A stretch of DNA of 51,501 nucleotides from an uncultured Acidimicrobiaceae bacterium (GTDB taxonomy: Bacteria > Actinomycetota > Acidimicrobiia > Spongiisociales > ZC4RG35). The translations under genes were made by a program, and so were the position numbers. Below the pieces are notes generated by a model. The model was not told the DNA's origin. It saw only the letters and a program-made list of their open reading frames with translations, and searched no databases. The stretch is taken from NCBI GenBank assembly GCA_964454615.1, contig CAYVTP010000004.1, positions 1-51,501 on the forward strand, read 5' to 3'. Positions 8,856 through 18,096 of this stretch are shown here, piece after piece (position 1 is the first letter of the stretch; the number at the start of each line of letters is the position of its first letter).

Positions 8856-10352
8856 TCAGACGGTCTGCTCGACGAAGTCCCTGAGGTGTTTGGCCATGGC
8901 CGCCAGTGACTTCTCGTGGACGTACATCATGTGCCCTGCCTCGTAGTACTCCATGGTCACATTGGAACGGACCTCTGGGTCGAGACCCATGTGGGAGAAG
9001 GTGTACTCGGTGGCGAAGTAGGGGGTGGCCAGGTCGTAGTACCCGTTGGCCACGAACAGCTTCGTACCCCGGGAGCGTGACAACAGTTCCCGCATGGCCT
9101 CGGACGTGTCCACGTACCGGCCCTTGAAGTCCTCGTAGTCCCAGGCCTGGTTGACCTTCATCGACATGATCTCGTAGATCCGGTCGTACTCGAACCCCAG
9201 CTCGACCCGAAGCAGCTGGTTGAGCGCCGAGGCCGCCACCCCACCGGTGGCGTCGAGGCTGGGGTCGACCTCGATGACAGGGCCCGCTTTGACCCGGTCG
9301 ATCCCGGTGTACCGGGAGTCGATCCGGCCCACGGTTCGCTTCCGGTCCCTCAACAGCTCCTTGCAGAAACGGGGGATGTGGAGCCTGAGGTCGTAGTGGT
9401 CGATGTACTCGGCGCCGATCCCGGTGTACTCACTGAGCCGGGCGGCGATAGCCGTCCGGTCCTTCTCCTCGATCAGATCGCCCTTGGCCAGGGCCGTCCA
9501 GTACTCCCCCAGGGCGAAATCCTCCACATCTGCGAGGAAGTCGGTCAACTTCCGCTTCTGGTGCTGCTTTGGGAGCCTCCCGTGGTACCAGGCGGTAGCC
9601 GCGTAGGTGGGCAGATAAAGAGCGAACGGGAGGTCGTTCCCCGGGTCGATGAGGAGGGTCTTCTGGTCGACCTTCACGGTTTGGTAGTTGAGGATCGACG
9701 AGATCAGCATGATCCCGTTGAACTCCACGTTGTAGGTCGAGAACAGCTCGCGAGCGATGCCGGCGCCTCTCAGCGTCCCGTAGCTCTCTCCGGCCAGGTA
9801 CTTGGGCGAGCTCCATCTCCCGTTGCGGTTCAGGTAGTGGACGATGAACTGGCTGAACGCCTGGATGTCGTGGGTGAAGTGGTGGAAGTCCTTCTCGTCG
9901 TCCTTGTCGGCGGTGGTGGAGAATCCGGTTCCAATGGCGTCGACGCACACCACATCGGAGACGTCGAGGATGGAGTAGGGGTTGTCTATGAGCCGACCCT
10001 GCATCCCCTTCTTGAACCCTTCCTCGTCGAACTCCATCCGCTTCGGCCCGAACAGCCCCAGATGGAGCCACACCGTTGACGACCCGGGCCCGCCGTTGAA
10101 ACAGAAGAGAAGCGGGCGCTTGTCAGGGTCGGCGCCGTCCTGTGTGTAGGAGACATGGAAGAAGGAGACCTTCTTGTCGTTGACCTCGAAGACCTGCGTT
10201 GCCGCGGTGGCGGTGTAGGCGACCTTCTTCCGGCCGAAAGTGCCGCTGTACTGCTTGGAGACCGACTTCTCCTCGATCTCGGGCGGCGCCGCCTCTATCT
10301 CCTCTGTGGCCTCGTCGGCCTTCTTGTCCTTCACGTCCTCGGTCTTGGCCAT
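8856..10352 (-). CDS. Peptidase S10 family serine carboxypeptidase-like protein
   Basis: FNGGPGSSTVW and the catalytic-serine motif GESYG. The N-terminus is acidic/Lys-rich with no evident signal peptide. Confidence 0.7.
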   Translation of the reverse strand: MAKTEDVKDKKADEATEEIEAAPPEIEEKSVSKQYSGTFGRKKVAYTATAATQVFEVNDKKVSFFHVSYTQDGADPDKRPLLFCFNGGPGSSTVWLHLGLFGPKRMEFDEEGFKKGMQGRLIDNPYSILDVSDVVCVDAIGTGFSTTADKDDEKDFHHFTHDIQAFSQFIVHYLNRNGRWSSPKYLAGESYGTLRGAGIARELFSTYNVEFNGIMLISSILNYQTVKVDQKTLLIDPGNDLPFALYLPTYAATAWYHGRLPKQHQKRKLTDFLADVEDFALGEYWTALAKGDLIEEKDRTAIAARLSEYTGIGAEYIDHYDLRLHIPRFCKELLRDRKRTVGRIDSRYTGIDRVKAGPVIEVDPSLDATGGVAASALNQLLRVELGFEYDRIYEIMSMKVNQAWDYEDFKGRYVDTSEAMRELLSRSRGTKLFVANGYYDLATPYFATEYTFSHMGLDPEVRSNVTMEYYEAGHMMYVHEKSLAAMAKHLRDFVEQTV

Positions 10353-10381
10353 GACTCGAGAGTAGACGACGAGACCCGGCC

Positions 10382-10585
10382 CTATTCGGTGGGGCGGTCC
10401 TGCATGAGGATCGCCAGGATGATGTACACCAGGATGCCCGGGAAGGCTGCTGTGAACAGGCTCAACAAGACGTATCCGACGCGCACCAATGTCGGATCCA
10501 CATCGAGGTATTCGGCAAACCCACCACAGACACCGGCGATCATCTTCTGGTCGCGTGACTTGTAGAGGCGTTTCGCTTCGCTCAC
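10382..10585 (-). CDS. PspC domain-containing small membrane protein
   Basis: RLYKSRDQKMIAGVCGGFAEYLDVDPTLVRV followed by one transmembrane helix. Confidence 0.8.
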   Translation of the reverse strand: MSEAKRLYKSRDQKMIAGVCGGFAEYLDVDPTLVRVGYVLLSLFTAAFPGILVYIILAILMQDRPTE

Positions 10586-10586
10586 A

Positions 10587-11933
10587 TCATCCTGCCAGGA
10601 ACAGTGCCGGTTCTTCCAAGTTCTCGATCAACATAGCCATGAAACGTCGGCCCACCGCCCCGTCTATCACACGATGGTCATAGCTCAACGACAGGGGCAT
10701 CACCGGGGCTATGACGATGTCGTCGCCGAACACGATAGGTCGTTCCTTGGCCCGGCCCAACGAGAGAATCGCCGTCGTCCCCGGTGGCACGATCGGTGTC
10801 CCGTGGCCGCCTCCGACCGCCCCGATGTTCGACAGGGTGAAGGTCTGACCGGACAACTCGTCGGGAGTGAGGCTCCGTTCCCTGGCCCCTTCGCCAAGTC
10901 TCCGGACTTCTGAGGCCAGCTGGAGCACACCCATGGAGGCGGCGTCGCGTATCACCGCGACCATCAGCCCGTCGGGTGTGTCCACCGCGATGCCTATGTC
11001 GTGGCGGCCATGAAACACCAGTTCGTCGCCGTCGATGGTGCTGTTGAACTCGGGGTAGGCATGAAGTGCTGGGATCACTGCCCTGATCACCAGGGCCTCC
11101 AGGGGTATCCGTGTCTCGTGCCGATCCCCCAGGGCGTCGCGAACCTCCAGGAGCCGCGTCGCGTCCACGTCGTCGAAGGTGGTCACATGAGGGATCTCAG
11201 ACCAGCTCTTCGACATGTTGGCGGCAATCGTCCTTCGGAGACGCGACATCGGCCGTCGTTCGTCGACGAAGGCCGGCGGGGGAAGGTGCCCCTCCACCTC
11301 GACCTCCTCGACCTCTGGCTCCGCCGGTTCGGCAGCGGCAACACCGCGCCGGGCCGTCTCCTCCTCGTCAGCAGCAGGCCGTGGGGTCTCTATCAGCCTC
11401 TCCACGTCCTGACGGGTGATCCTGCCGCCGGGGCCGCTTCCCTCGACCGTCGCCAGGTCGATTCCGTGGTCGCGCGCCAGTTTCCTGACAACCGGCAGCG
11501 CCTTGACCTGTGAGGCCTCGGAGGCATCGGCCATTGACTCCCCGGCGGCCAGGGACTCTGCCTCATCGCTCAGAGTGCCCACGATGGGGGCCGCCGCCGA
11601 CCCGGGCCCGGGATGATCCTCCTCCTGGGGGTCCTCCTCCTCGTCCTGCTTCCCGGACTGGCTGTCCGATCCCGGGTCGCCGCCCGACTCTTCACCTTGC
11701 TCCCCTATCACGAGCAGCACCGAGCCGACTTCGACGGTCTCGCCTTCGGCGCCGCCCAGCTCGAGGACCACACCTGCGAAGGGCGTGGGGATCTCGACCA
11801 CGGCCTTGTCGGTCTCGACCTCGACCACGGGTTGGTCGGCGTCCACGGAGTCTCCGACCTGGACCAGCCAACGGACGATCTCCGCCTCGGTCAACCCCTC
11901 CCCGATGTCGGGGAGCTTGAACTCACGTGCCAC
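10587..11933 (-). CDS. Dihydrolipoamide acyltransferase, E2 component of a 2-oxoacid dehydrogenase complex
   Basis: N-terminal lipoyl domain (VEVETDKAVVEIP), acidic linker, E3/E1-binding domain (ALPVVRKLARDHGIDL), and catalytic domain with SYDHRVIDG. Confidence 0.9.
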   Translation of the reverse strand: MAREFKLPDIGEGLTEAEIVRWLVQVGDSVDADQPVVEVETDKAVVEIPTPFAGVVLELGGAEGETVEVGSVLLVIGEQGEESGGDPGSDSQSGKQDEEEDPQEEDHPGPGSAAAPIVGTLSDEAESLAAGESMADASEASQVKALPVVRKLARDHGIDLATVEGSGPGGRITRQDVERLIETPRPAADEEETARRGVAAAEPAEPEVEEVEVEGHLPPPAFVDERRPMSRLRRTIAANMSKSWSEIPHVTTFDDVDATRLLEVRDALGDRHETRIPLEALVIRAVIPALHAYPEFNSTIDGDELVFHGRHDIGIAVDTPDGLMVAVIRDAASMGVLQLASEVRRLGEGARERSLTPDELSGQTFTLSNIGAVGGGHGTPIVPPGTTAILSLGRAKERPIVFGDDIVIAPVMPLSLSYDHRVIDGAVGRRFMAMLIENLEEPALFLAG

Positions 11934-11939
11934 TGACGT

Positions 11940-12917
11940 TCACTCCTCCAAAGTCCTCTCTGCTGCGGCCAGGATCCTGTCCACCGATGGAAGGTAGTGC
12001 TGTTCAGACCTCTTCAACGGGAAGACCGTATCCCATCCGGTCACCCGCTCCACCGGCGCCGCCAGATCGTAGAGGCACCGCTCTTGGATGGAGGCGGCGA
12101 TCTCTCCCCCGAGACCACCTGTGAGTGGGGCCTCATGGACGATCACCGCCCGGCCCGTTTTGGAGACACTTGCGGCGATGCCATCACGGTCCAACGGTGA
12201 CAGAGTCCGCACATCGAGGACTTCCACAGACACCCCCTGTTCGCCGAGCAGGCTGGCCGCCTGGCGGGTCTCCTTCATCATCGCCCCCCAGGAAATCAGG
12301 GTGATGTCGTCGCCGCTCCGCTCGACACGCACCGGACCGATCTCGGTGGTGTAGTAGATCTCCGGGACCTCCTCCTTGACCGCCCGGTAGAGCCGTATGG
12401 GCTCGAGGAACACAACAGGATCGGGATCCTCGACGGCAGCCAGCAGGAGCCCTCGGGCATCCCGGGGCGTCGACGGGACCACCACTTTGATACCCGGGAT
12501 GTGGGCGTAGATGGCCTCGGTGGACTCGGAGTGGTGCTCGGCGGCACCGATCCCTCCCCCATAGGGGATGCGGATGACCATCGGGGCGGTGAACCTGTGG
12601 TTGGAACGGTTCCTGATCCGGGCGACATGGTTGACCACCTGGTCGTAGGCGGGGTATGAGAACCCGAGGAACTGGATTTCGGCTATGGGCCTGAGCCCGG
12701 CAATCGCCATCCCGAAGGCAGCCCCCACGATCCCCGACTCTGCGACCGGCGTATCCACCACCCTGATAGCGCCATGCTTCCTGCGGAGCCCGTCGGTGAT
12801 CCGGAACACACCACCTGCTCTGCCGATGTCCTCCCCAAGGAGGACCACCCGGTCGTCGGCCGAAAGGGCCGAGTCGAGGGCCCCGTTAAGGGCCTGAGCC
12901 AGGTTGACCTCAGGCAT
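11940..12917 (-). CDS. 2-oxoacid dehydrogenase E1 component, beta subunit
   Basis: Transketolase-like Pyr/C-terminal domains (VVLLGEDIGRAGGVFRIT..., FLEPIRLYR). Its position between E1-alpha and E2 fits the operon. Confidence 0.9.
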   Translation of the reverse strand: MPEVNLAQALNGALDSALSADDRVVLLGEDIGRAGGVFRITDGLRRKHGAIRVVDTPVAESGIVGAAFGMAIAGLRPIAEIQFLGFSYPAYDQVVNHVARIRNRSNHRFTAPMVIRIPYGGGIGAAEHHSESTEAIYAHIPGIKVVVPSTPRDARGLLLAAVEDPDPVVFLEPIRLYRAVKEEVPEIYYTTEIGPVRVERSGDDITLISWGAMMKETRQAASLLGEQGVSVEVLDVRTLSPLDRDGIAASVSKTGRAVIVHEAPLTGGLGGEIAASIQERCLYDLAAPVERVTGWDTVFPLKRSEQHYLPSVDRILAAAERTLEE

Positions 12918-14052
12918 CCTCCGCCTCCCTGGCCTGTTCGAGAAGGGGCGGAGTGGGACTGGCGAACATGCGGTCGAACATCGCCTGCGCCGTCGGCTCG
13001 GGGACGGCCTCGGCCCAGGCGACGGCCTCCTCGATCCGGGTCGAGGCCTCGACCTCCAGGGTCTCCTGCCACCGTCCGTCCCATGCCCCCGCCCTCTCGA
13101 GCAGCAGACGCACCCTCTCCAGAGGGTCGCGAGCTTGCCAGGTGCCCACTTCGGTCTCGTCGCGGTATCTGGTGGGGTCGTCGGCGGTGGTGTGCGGGCC
13201 GACCCGATATGTGACCGCCTCGATCAGACTCGGTCCCTTCCCGGCACGTGCACGGTCGGCCGCCTCGGCGACTGCGGCCAGCACAGCGACCACATCGTTG
13301 CCGTCGACCCTGGCCGATGGCATCCCGTATGCGTCGGCCTTCTCGGCGATGGTCTCGCTGCGGGTCTGCTCCGCTGTCGGGTAGGAGATGGCGAAGCCGT
13401 TGTTCTGACAGAAGAACACGCATGGGGTCTCGTAGACCGCGGCGAAGTTCATCGCCTCGTGGAAGTCCCCTTCGGAGGTGGCGCCATCGCCAAACGAGGT
13501 GAGGGCGATCCGGCGGCTCCCCTTCAGCTTCTCGGCCCATGCCAGGCCCACGGCGTGGATCATGTGTCCGCCGACGGTGATCGACGGGGGAAGGATGTTG
13601 ACTCCCTCTGGAACCTCCCCACCCCGCTCGTCTCCGGTGCGGCCGAGGATGAGCAACCGCCACGGATACCCCGCCTTCCAGTTGAGCGCGGCGTCACGGT
13701 AGGTGGCCGCCACCCAATCTCCCTGCTTGAGGGCTGCCGCCGCCCCTATCTGGGCTCCCTCCTGGCCACGGAACGGGGCGTAGGTTGCGAGCCGACCCTG
13801 ACGCTGCATGGCCATCGACTTGTCGTCGTAGACCCGTGCCTCGACCATGTCGGCGTAGAGAACCTTCATCTGCTCGAGCGTCACCGGGAGACGGTCCTGA
13901 ACCGTTCCGTCCGAGTTGATGAGCGTGAACATGGAGGCCGACTCCCCGTCGTTTACCGAAGTTTGCCTGTTTACGAGCGGTGATGTCGGGCTGCCGTTGG
14001 TCGGAATGAGCGACTCGAGACCGCGGCCCAGCCCTGGCTTGCGTGAAGTCAC
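12910..14052 (-). CDS. 2-oxoacid (pyruvate/branched-chain) dehydrogenase E1 component, alpha subunit; the long form carries a ParB-like N-terminal peptide
   Basis: TPP-dependent E1-alpha blocks (QRQGRLATYAPFRGQEGAQIG, FGDGATSEGDFHEAMNFAAV). There are two candidate starts: GTG 14052 (GGAGG 11 nt upstream) and ATG 13932 (GGGGAG 9 nt upstream). Confidence 0.85.
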   Translation of the reverse strand: MTSRKPGLGRGLESLIPTNGSPTSPLVNRQTSVNDGESASMFTLINSDGTVQDRLPVTLEQMKVLYADMVEARVYDDKSMAMQRQGRLATYAPFRGQEGAQIGAAAALKQGDWVAATYRDAALNWKAGYPWRLLILGRTGDERGGEVPEGVNILPPSITVGGHMIHAVGLAWAEKLKGSRRIALTSFGDGATSEGDFHEAMNFAAVYETPCVFFCQNNGFAISYPTAEQTRSETIAEKADAYGMPSARVDGNDVVAVLAAVAEAADRARAGKGPSLIEAVTYRVGPHTTADDPTRYRDETEVGTWQARDPLERVRLLLERAGAWDGRWQETLEVEASTRIEEAVAWAEAVPEPTAQAMFDRMFASPTPPLLEQAREAEDA

Positions 14053-14115
14053 GTTTCTGAGGTCCTCCTAGGGAGCCCACCCCCACGGTGGACGAACACT
14101 GAGCTTAGACCCGGC

Positions 14116-16392
14116 TCAGACTCCGGCAGTCTCCGACGCCAGGGCCGCTTCGAGCTCGTCGACGGTCACCAGCACCTCTCGTGCTTTGCTCCCCACGGAA
14201 GGTCCGACGACGCCCTTCCTCTCCAGGGTGTCCATGACCCGTCCTGCCCTGGCGAACCCGATACGCAGCTTTCGTTGCAGCATCGAGGTCGATCCCAGCT
14301 GTGACCGGACCACCAGCTCCATCGCCTCCCGTATGAGCTCGCCGTCGACATCGTCATCCTCGGATCCGGCGTCGGTGCCATGCGACGGGGGCGGCTCGAG
14401 AACGGTGACCTCGTCGATCTCGTCTCGCTGTTTCTTCACCCACGCGACGATCGCTTGAACCTCTGATTCCCGGACCCAGGCACCCTGGATGCGCTGCGGC
14501 CTCGGCTCCTTGGCGGTGACCACCAGCATGTCGCCCATGCCCACCAGCTTCTCGGCCCCTGATCCGTCGATGATGACCCGACTGTCGGTCTGGGAGGTGA
14601 CGCTGAAGGCGAGACGGCTGGGGATGTTGGCCTTGATGACGCCGGTGATGACGTCAACGGAGGGACGCTGGGTGGCGATGACCAAGTGGATGCCGACAGC
14701 TCGGGCCATCTGAGCGATCCGGACGATCGACTCCTCCACCTCGCGACCGGACACCATCATCAGATCGTTGAGCTCGTCGACCACAATCACGATGTATGGG
14801 AACCTGTCGAAGCTCTCGGGGTCGAGCTGGCCCCGGGCCAGCTTGTCGCGGTATCCCTCGATGTCCCTGACCCTGGCCTCGTTGAGGAGGTCGTATCGCC
14901 GGTCCATCTCCGCCACCGCCCACTTGAGGGCGTCGTTGGCCTTCTTCGGGTTGGTGATCACCCTGGTGAGCAGATGAGGCACCCCGTCGTACTGGCCCAG
15001 TTCGACACGCTTCGGGTCGACCAGGATCAGCCGGACGTCGTCGGGAGTGGCCCGCATCAGCAGTGAGGTGACGATGGAGTTTATGCACGACGACTTTCCT
15101 GCGCCGGTCGCACCGGCGATGAGGACATGGGGCAGCTCGGCAAGGTTGAGGAGCTTTGGGGTTCCCGAGATGTCCAGCCCGAGCCCGACGGTGAGGGGGG
15201 GATGGGGCAGGGCGGCCTCGGGACTGGCAAGGATGTCACCGAGGGAGACCAACCGCCGCTTTGCGTTGGGGACCTCGACACCGATGGCCGACTTGCCCGG
15301 AATCGGAACCAGGATGCGGACGTCAGGCGTGGCCAGGGCGTAGGCGATGTCGTGGGACAGGTTCGAGATCCGGTTGACTTTGACCCCCGGTGCCAGCTCG
15401 ATCTCGAAGCGGGTGACGGTGGGCCCGGGCACGATCTTGGTCAGGGTGGCGTCGACCCCGTGTTGGAGAAGGGTGTCCTCTAGTTGGGCCGCCGTCTCCT
15501 CCAGGCTCCTCCGGCTGACCTCGCCGCCGGTGCCTCCTTCCAGGAGGTTGATCGGGGGCAGCTGGTAGTCACTGCTGGTGAGGTCGACCACCGCTGGAGT
15601 CGGCGCGGCGGAAGGCTTGGGTTGGTCGCCTTTCCCGACGACCGGCTTGGCCTTGGTCACCTTCGGCTTCTGGTGTTTGCCCTTGGGGGGAGCAGACTGG
15701 GCGAGATCGGCGGCGACCAGAGTCGGCGCCGGCGCCGGTCCGGCCTCGAACAGTGTCGACCTGGCGAAGTTCTTCACTTTCCCGAAGATGTGGGCGAAGC
15801 CCTGGAACATTTGCTTGACCGTTGTCCGGCTCATCACCAGGACCCCTACCGCTATCGAGGCAGACAGGATGACGAAGGCGCCCCAGTGGCCGAGCACCCG
15901 TCTCATCGGGTAGGCGATCAGAGCGCCGAGGGCGCCGCCACGATCCTGCACCAGGTCGATGTTGGGACGCAGCGACACCGCACCGGTCAGGAGATGGAAG
16001 AGGGCAAGGGTGCCGATAAAGGTGACCAGACCGCCGATGACCACCGGCTTGGATCCGTCCCTGGGGCGACCGGCGATCATGATCACCCCGATCACCACCA
16101 GTGCGGGCGGCAACGCAAAACGCCACACACCGAACAGGAGCTTGCTGCCCGCTTCGATGCCAGATCCGACCGGTCCGGCGATGTCGAAAAAGGCCAGCGT
16201 TATCAGGGTGGCGAGAACGATGAGAACAAGACCCCAGACGTCATCGGTCTGACGGCCCAGGCCCCGACGCACCTGATGGCGGAAATCGACCAGCGTCTGT
16301 CTAACGCCGCCGGTGCGCTTCTTGGTCTTGTTCTTCGACTGGGACACCCGACTCCGCCCGGAGCCCTTCCGGGTGGGTGTCCGGGTTGGCAT
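14116..16392 (-). CDS. ftsK: DNA translocase FtsK/SpoIIIE
   Basis: N-terminal transmembrane helices, Pro/Lys-rich linker, motor domain with Walker A GATGAGKS, and a C-terminal gamma winged helix (LQRKLRIGFARAGRVMD). Start chosen at MPTRTPTRK. Confidence 0.92.
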   Translation of the reverse strand: MPTRTPTRKGSGRSRVSQSKNKTKKRTGGVRQTLVDFRHQVRRGLGRQTDDVWGLVLIVLATLITLAFFDIAGPVGSGIEAGSKLLFGVWRFALPPALVVIGVIMIAGRPRDGSKPVVIGGLVTFIGTLALFHLLTGAVSLRPNIDLVQDRGGALGALIAYPMRRVLGHWGAFVILSASIAVGVLVMSRTTVKQMFQGFAHIFGKVKNFARSTLFEAGPAPAPTLVAADLAQSAPPKGKHQKPKVTKAKPVVGKGDQPKPSAAPTPAVVDLTSSDYQLPPINLLEGGTGGEVSRRSLEETAAQLEDTLLQHGVDATLTKIVPGPTVTRFEIELAPGVKVNRISNLSHDIAYALATPDVRILVPIPGKSAIGVEVPNAKRRLVSLGDILASPEAALPHPPLTVGLGLDISGTPKLLNLAELPHVLIAGATGAGKSSCINSIVTSLLMRATPDDVRLILVDPKRVELGQYDGVPHLLTRVITNPKKANDALKWAVAEMDRRYDLLNEARVRDIEGYRDKLARGQLDPESFDRFPYIVIVVDELNDLMMVSGREVEESIVRIAQMARAVGIHLVIATQRPSVDVITGVIKANIPSRLAFSVTSQTDSRVIIDGSGAEKLVGMGDMLVVTAKEPRPQRIQGAWVRESEVQAIVAWVKKQRDEIDEVTVLEPPPSHGTDAGSEDDDVDGELIREAMELVVRSQLGSTSMLQRKLRIGFARAGRVMDTLERKGVVGPSVGSKAREVLVTVDELEAALASETAGV

Positions 16393-16461
16393 TGTCTGAA
16401 ACGATAACTCATGACGCGCATTGCGTAAGAGCAATTCAAACGGGCCTGCTCCGAGACCCGG

Positions 16462-18096
16462 TTACAGCTCCATGACCACCGGGACGATGACCGGTCTGCG
16501 AGCTGTCTCCTCCCGGATCACCTTGCCCGCGGCCTGACGCACCGCCTTCTGGAGCTCGGCGTGGTCGGTTCGACCGGTCCTCTTCTCCTCGAGGACCGCC
16601 CGCACCGCCTTGGCAGCCTTCTCCAGCACGGCCGACGGGTCGTCCATGACCCCGTGGCTGTCGAGGCTCGGGCCATAGAGGATCTCGCCGGTGGAGCGGT
16701 CGATGCCGACCGTGACCACCACCACCCCGTCGTCGGCCAGGTGGGACCGATCGCGTAGCACCCCGCTCTGGGTCTCGCCGACCGAGGAACCGTCCAGGTA
16801 GACGTAGCCGGCGGGCACCGCGTCGCGGTCGGCCCTGGTCGCCTTGCCGTCGAGGACGACACGGTCGCCGTCCTCCAGTACCTCCACCCAGGGGACCCCC
16901 ATCTCACGGGCCAGCCCGGCATGGGCGTGGAGGTGTCGGTACTCCCCGTGGACCGGGACGAAAGCCCGCGGGCGAAGCAGGTTGATGAAGGTCAGCAGCT
17001 CCTCACGTCGGGCGTGCCCCGACACATGGACATGTGCGTTCTGACCGTGGACAACCCTCGCTCCCCGCCTCATCAGGTTCGAGATGACTTTGGAGACTGC
17101 GGTTTCGTTACCCGGTATGGGACGGGCCGAGATGAGCACGGTGTCGTCCGGACCGATGTCGATGTGCCGGTGGCGTCCGTGGGACATCAGGGAAAGGGCT
17201 GCGAACGGCTCGCCCTGGCTGCCGGTCGTTACCAGGAGTTGCTCGTGTTCCGGGAACGACGACAGCTGCTTGATGTCGACGATCCTGTCGCTCGGTGCTT
17301 CGAGCACCCCGAGATCCGAGGCGATCGCCGTGTTGCGCTCCATCGAACGGCCCAGGAACGCGACGCGTCTCCCCGAGGCGATGCCGGCGTCGACGATCTG
17401 CTGGACACGGTGGACGTGGGATGAGAAGCAGGCGGCGATGACACGGCCCGGAGCGTCCCGGACGACCTCGGCTATCGGCCCTCCCACCGAGCTCTCCGAG
17501 GGCTCGAAACCGTCCCTCTCGGCGTTGGTGGAGTCCGACAGCAGGAGGCGGACCCCCCTGCGACCCAACGCGGCGAAAGCGGGCAGGTCGGTGGGACGGC
17601 CGTCGATCGGGGTCGGGTCGAGTTTGAAGTCCCCCGAGTGGATGATGATCCCTTCGGGAGTGTCGAAGGCGATCCCGGCCCCGTCGGGGACCGAATGGCT
17701 GACCGGCACCAACATGAACTTGAAAGGGCCGTGGGTCATCCACTTCTTCATCTGTGTGGTCCTCAGGTCGGCTTTGACCCCGAGTTCTTCGATCCTGCCC
17801 CTGGCCAGCTCGATGGCCATCCGCGACCCGTAGACCGGGACGTTGATCTCCCTGAGAAAGTAGGCGAGGGCGCCCATGTGGTCCTCGTGGCCGTGGGTGA
17901 GCACGACACACTCGACATCCTTGGACCGCTTGGCGAGCCAACCCCAGTCGGGGAAGACCAGGTCGATGCCGAGCATCTCCTCCTCGGGGAACATCAGACC
18001 CACGTCGATGAGGGCGATGCGCCCCTCGACCTCGAGGGCAGCGCAGTTGCGTCCGATCTCGTTGAGACCGCCCAGGAAGGTGACCGAGACGCTCAC
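16462..18096 (-). CDS. rnj: Ribonuclease J (metallo-beta-lactamase/beta-CASP)
   Basis: VTFLGGLNEIGRNCAALE and HGHEDHMGAL. The likely start is GTG at 18096 in a GTGA overlap with the dapA stop. The track ORF extends to 18294. Confidence 0.9.
   Translation of the reverse strand: MSVSVTFLGGLNEIGRNCAALEVEGRIALIDVGLMFPEEEMLGIDLVFPDWGWLAKRSKDVECVVLTHGHEDHMGALAYFLREINVPVYGSRMAIELARGRIEELGVKADLRTTQMKKWMTHGPFKFMLVPVSHSVPDGAGIAFDTPEGIIIHSGDFKLDPTPIDGRPTDLPAFAALGRRGVRLLLSDSTNAERDGFEPSESSVGGPIAEVVRDAPGRVIAACFSSHVHRVQQIVDAGIASGRRVAFLGRSMERNTAIASDLGVLEAPSDRIVDIKQLSSFPEHEQLLVTTGSQGEPFAALSLMSHGRHRHIDIGPDDTVLISARPIPGNETAVSKVISNLMRRGARVVHGQNAHVHVSGHARREELLTFINLLRPRAFVPVHGEYRHLHAHAGLAREMGVPWVEVLEDGDRVVLDGKATRADRDAVPAGYVYLDGSSVGETQSGVLRDRSHLADDGVVVVTVGIDRSTGEILYGPSLDSHGVMDDPSAVLEKAAKAVRAVLEEKRTGRTDHAELQKAVRQAAGKVIREETARRPVIVPVVMEL

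Noticed and set aside
13933-14052. Treating the ParB-like segment as an independent parB pseudogene feature
   Set aside because: Only the first approximately 17 residues resemble ParB. No HTH or ParB-box-binding region follows, and the segment is in frame with E1-alpha and has its own plausible ribosome-binding site. It is reported as a finding rather than annotated as a pseudogene.
16393-16461. Candidate promoter for ftsK (TTGAAT … TTATCG-like hexamers in a lower-GC patch)
   Set aside because: The hexamer spacing and match are poor and several alternatives exist, so a promoter call is not supportable from sequence alone.
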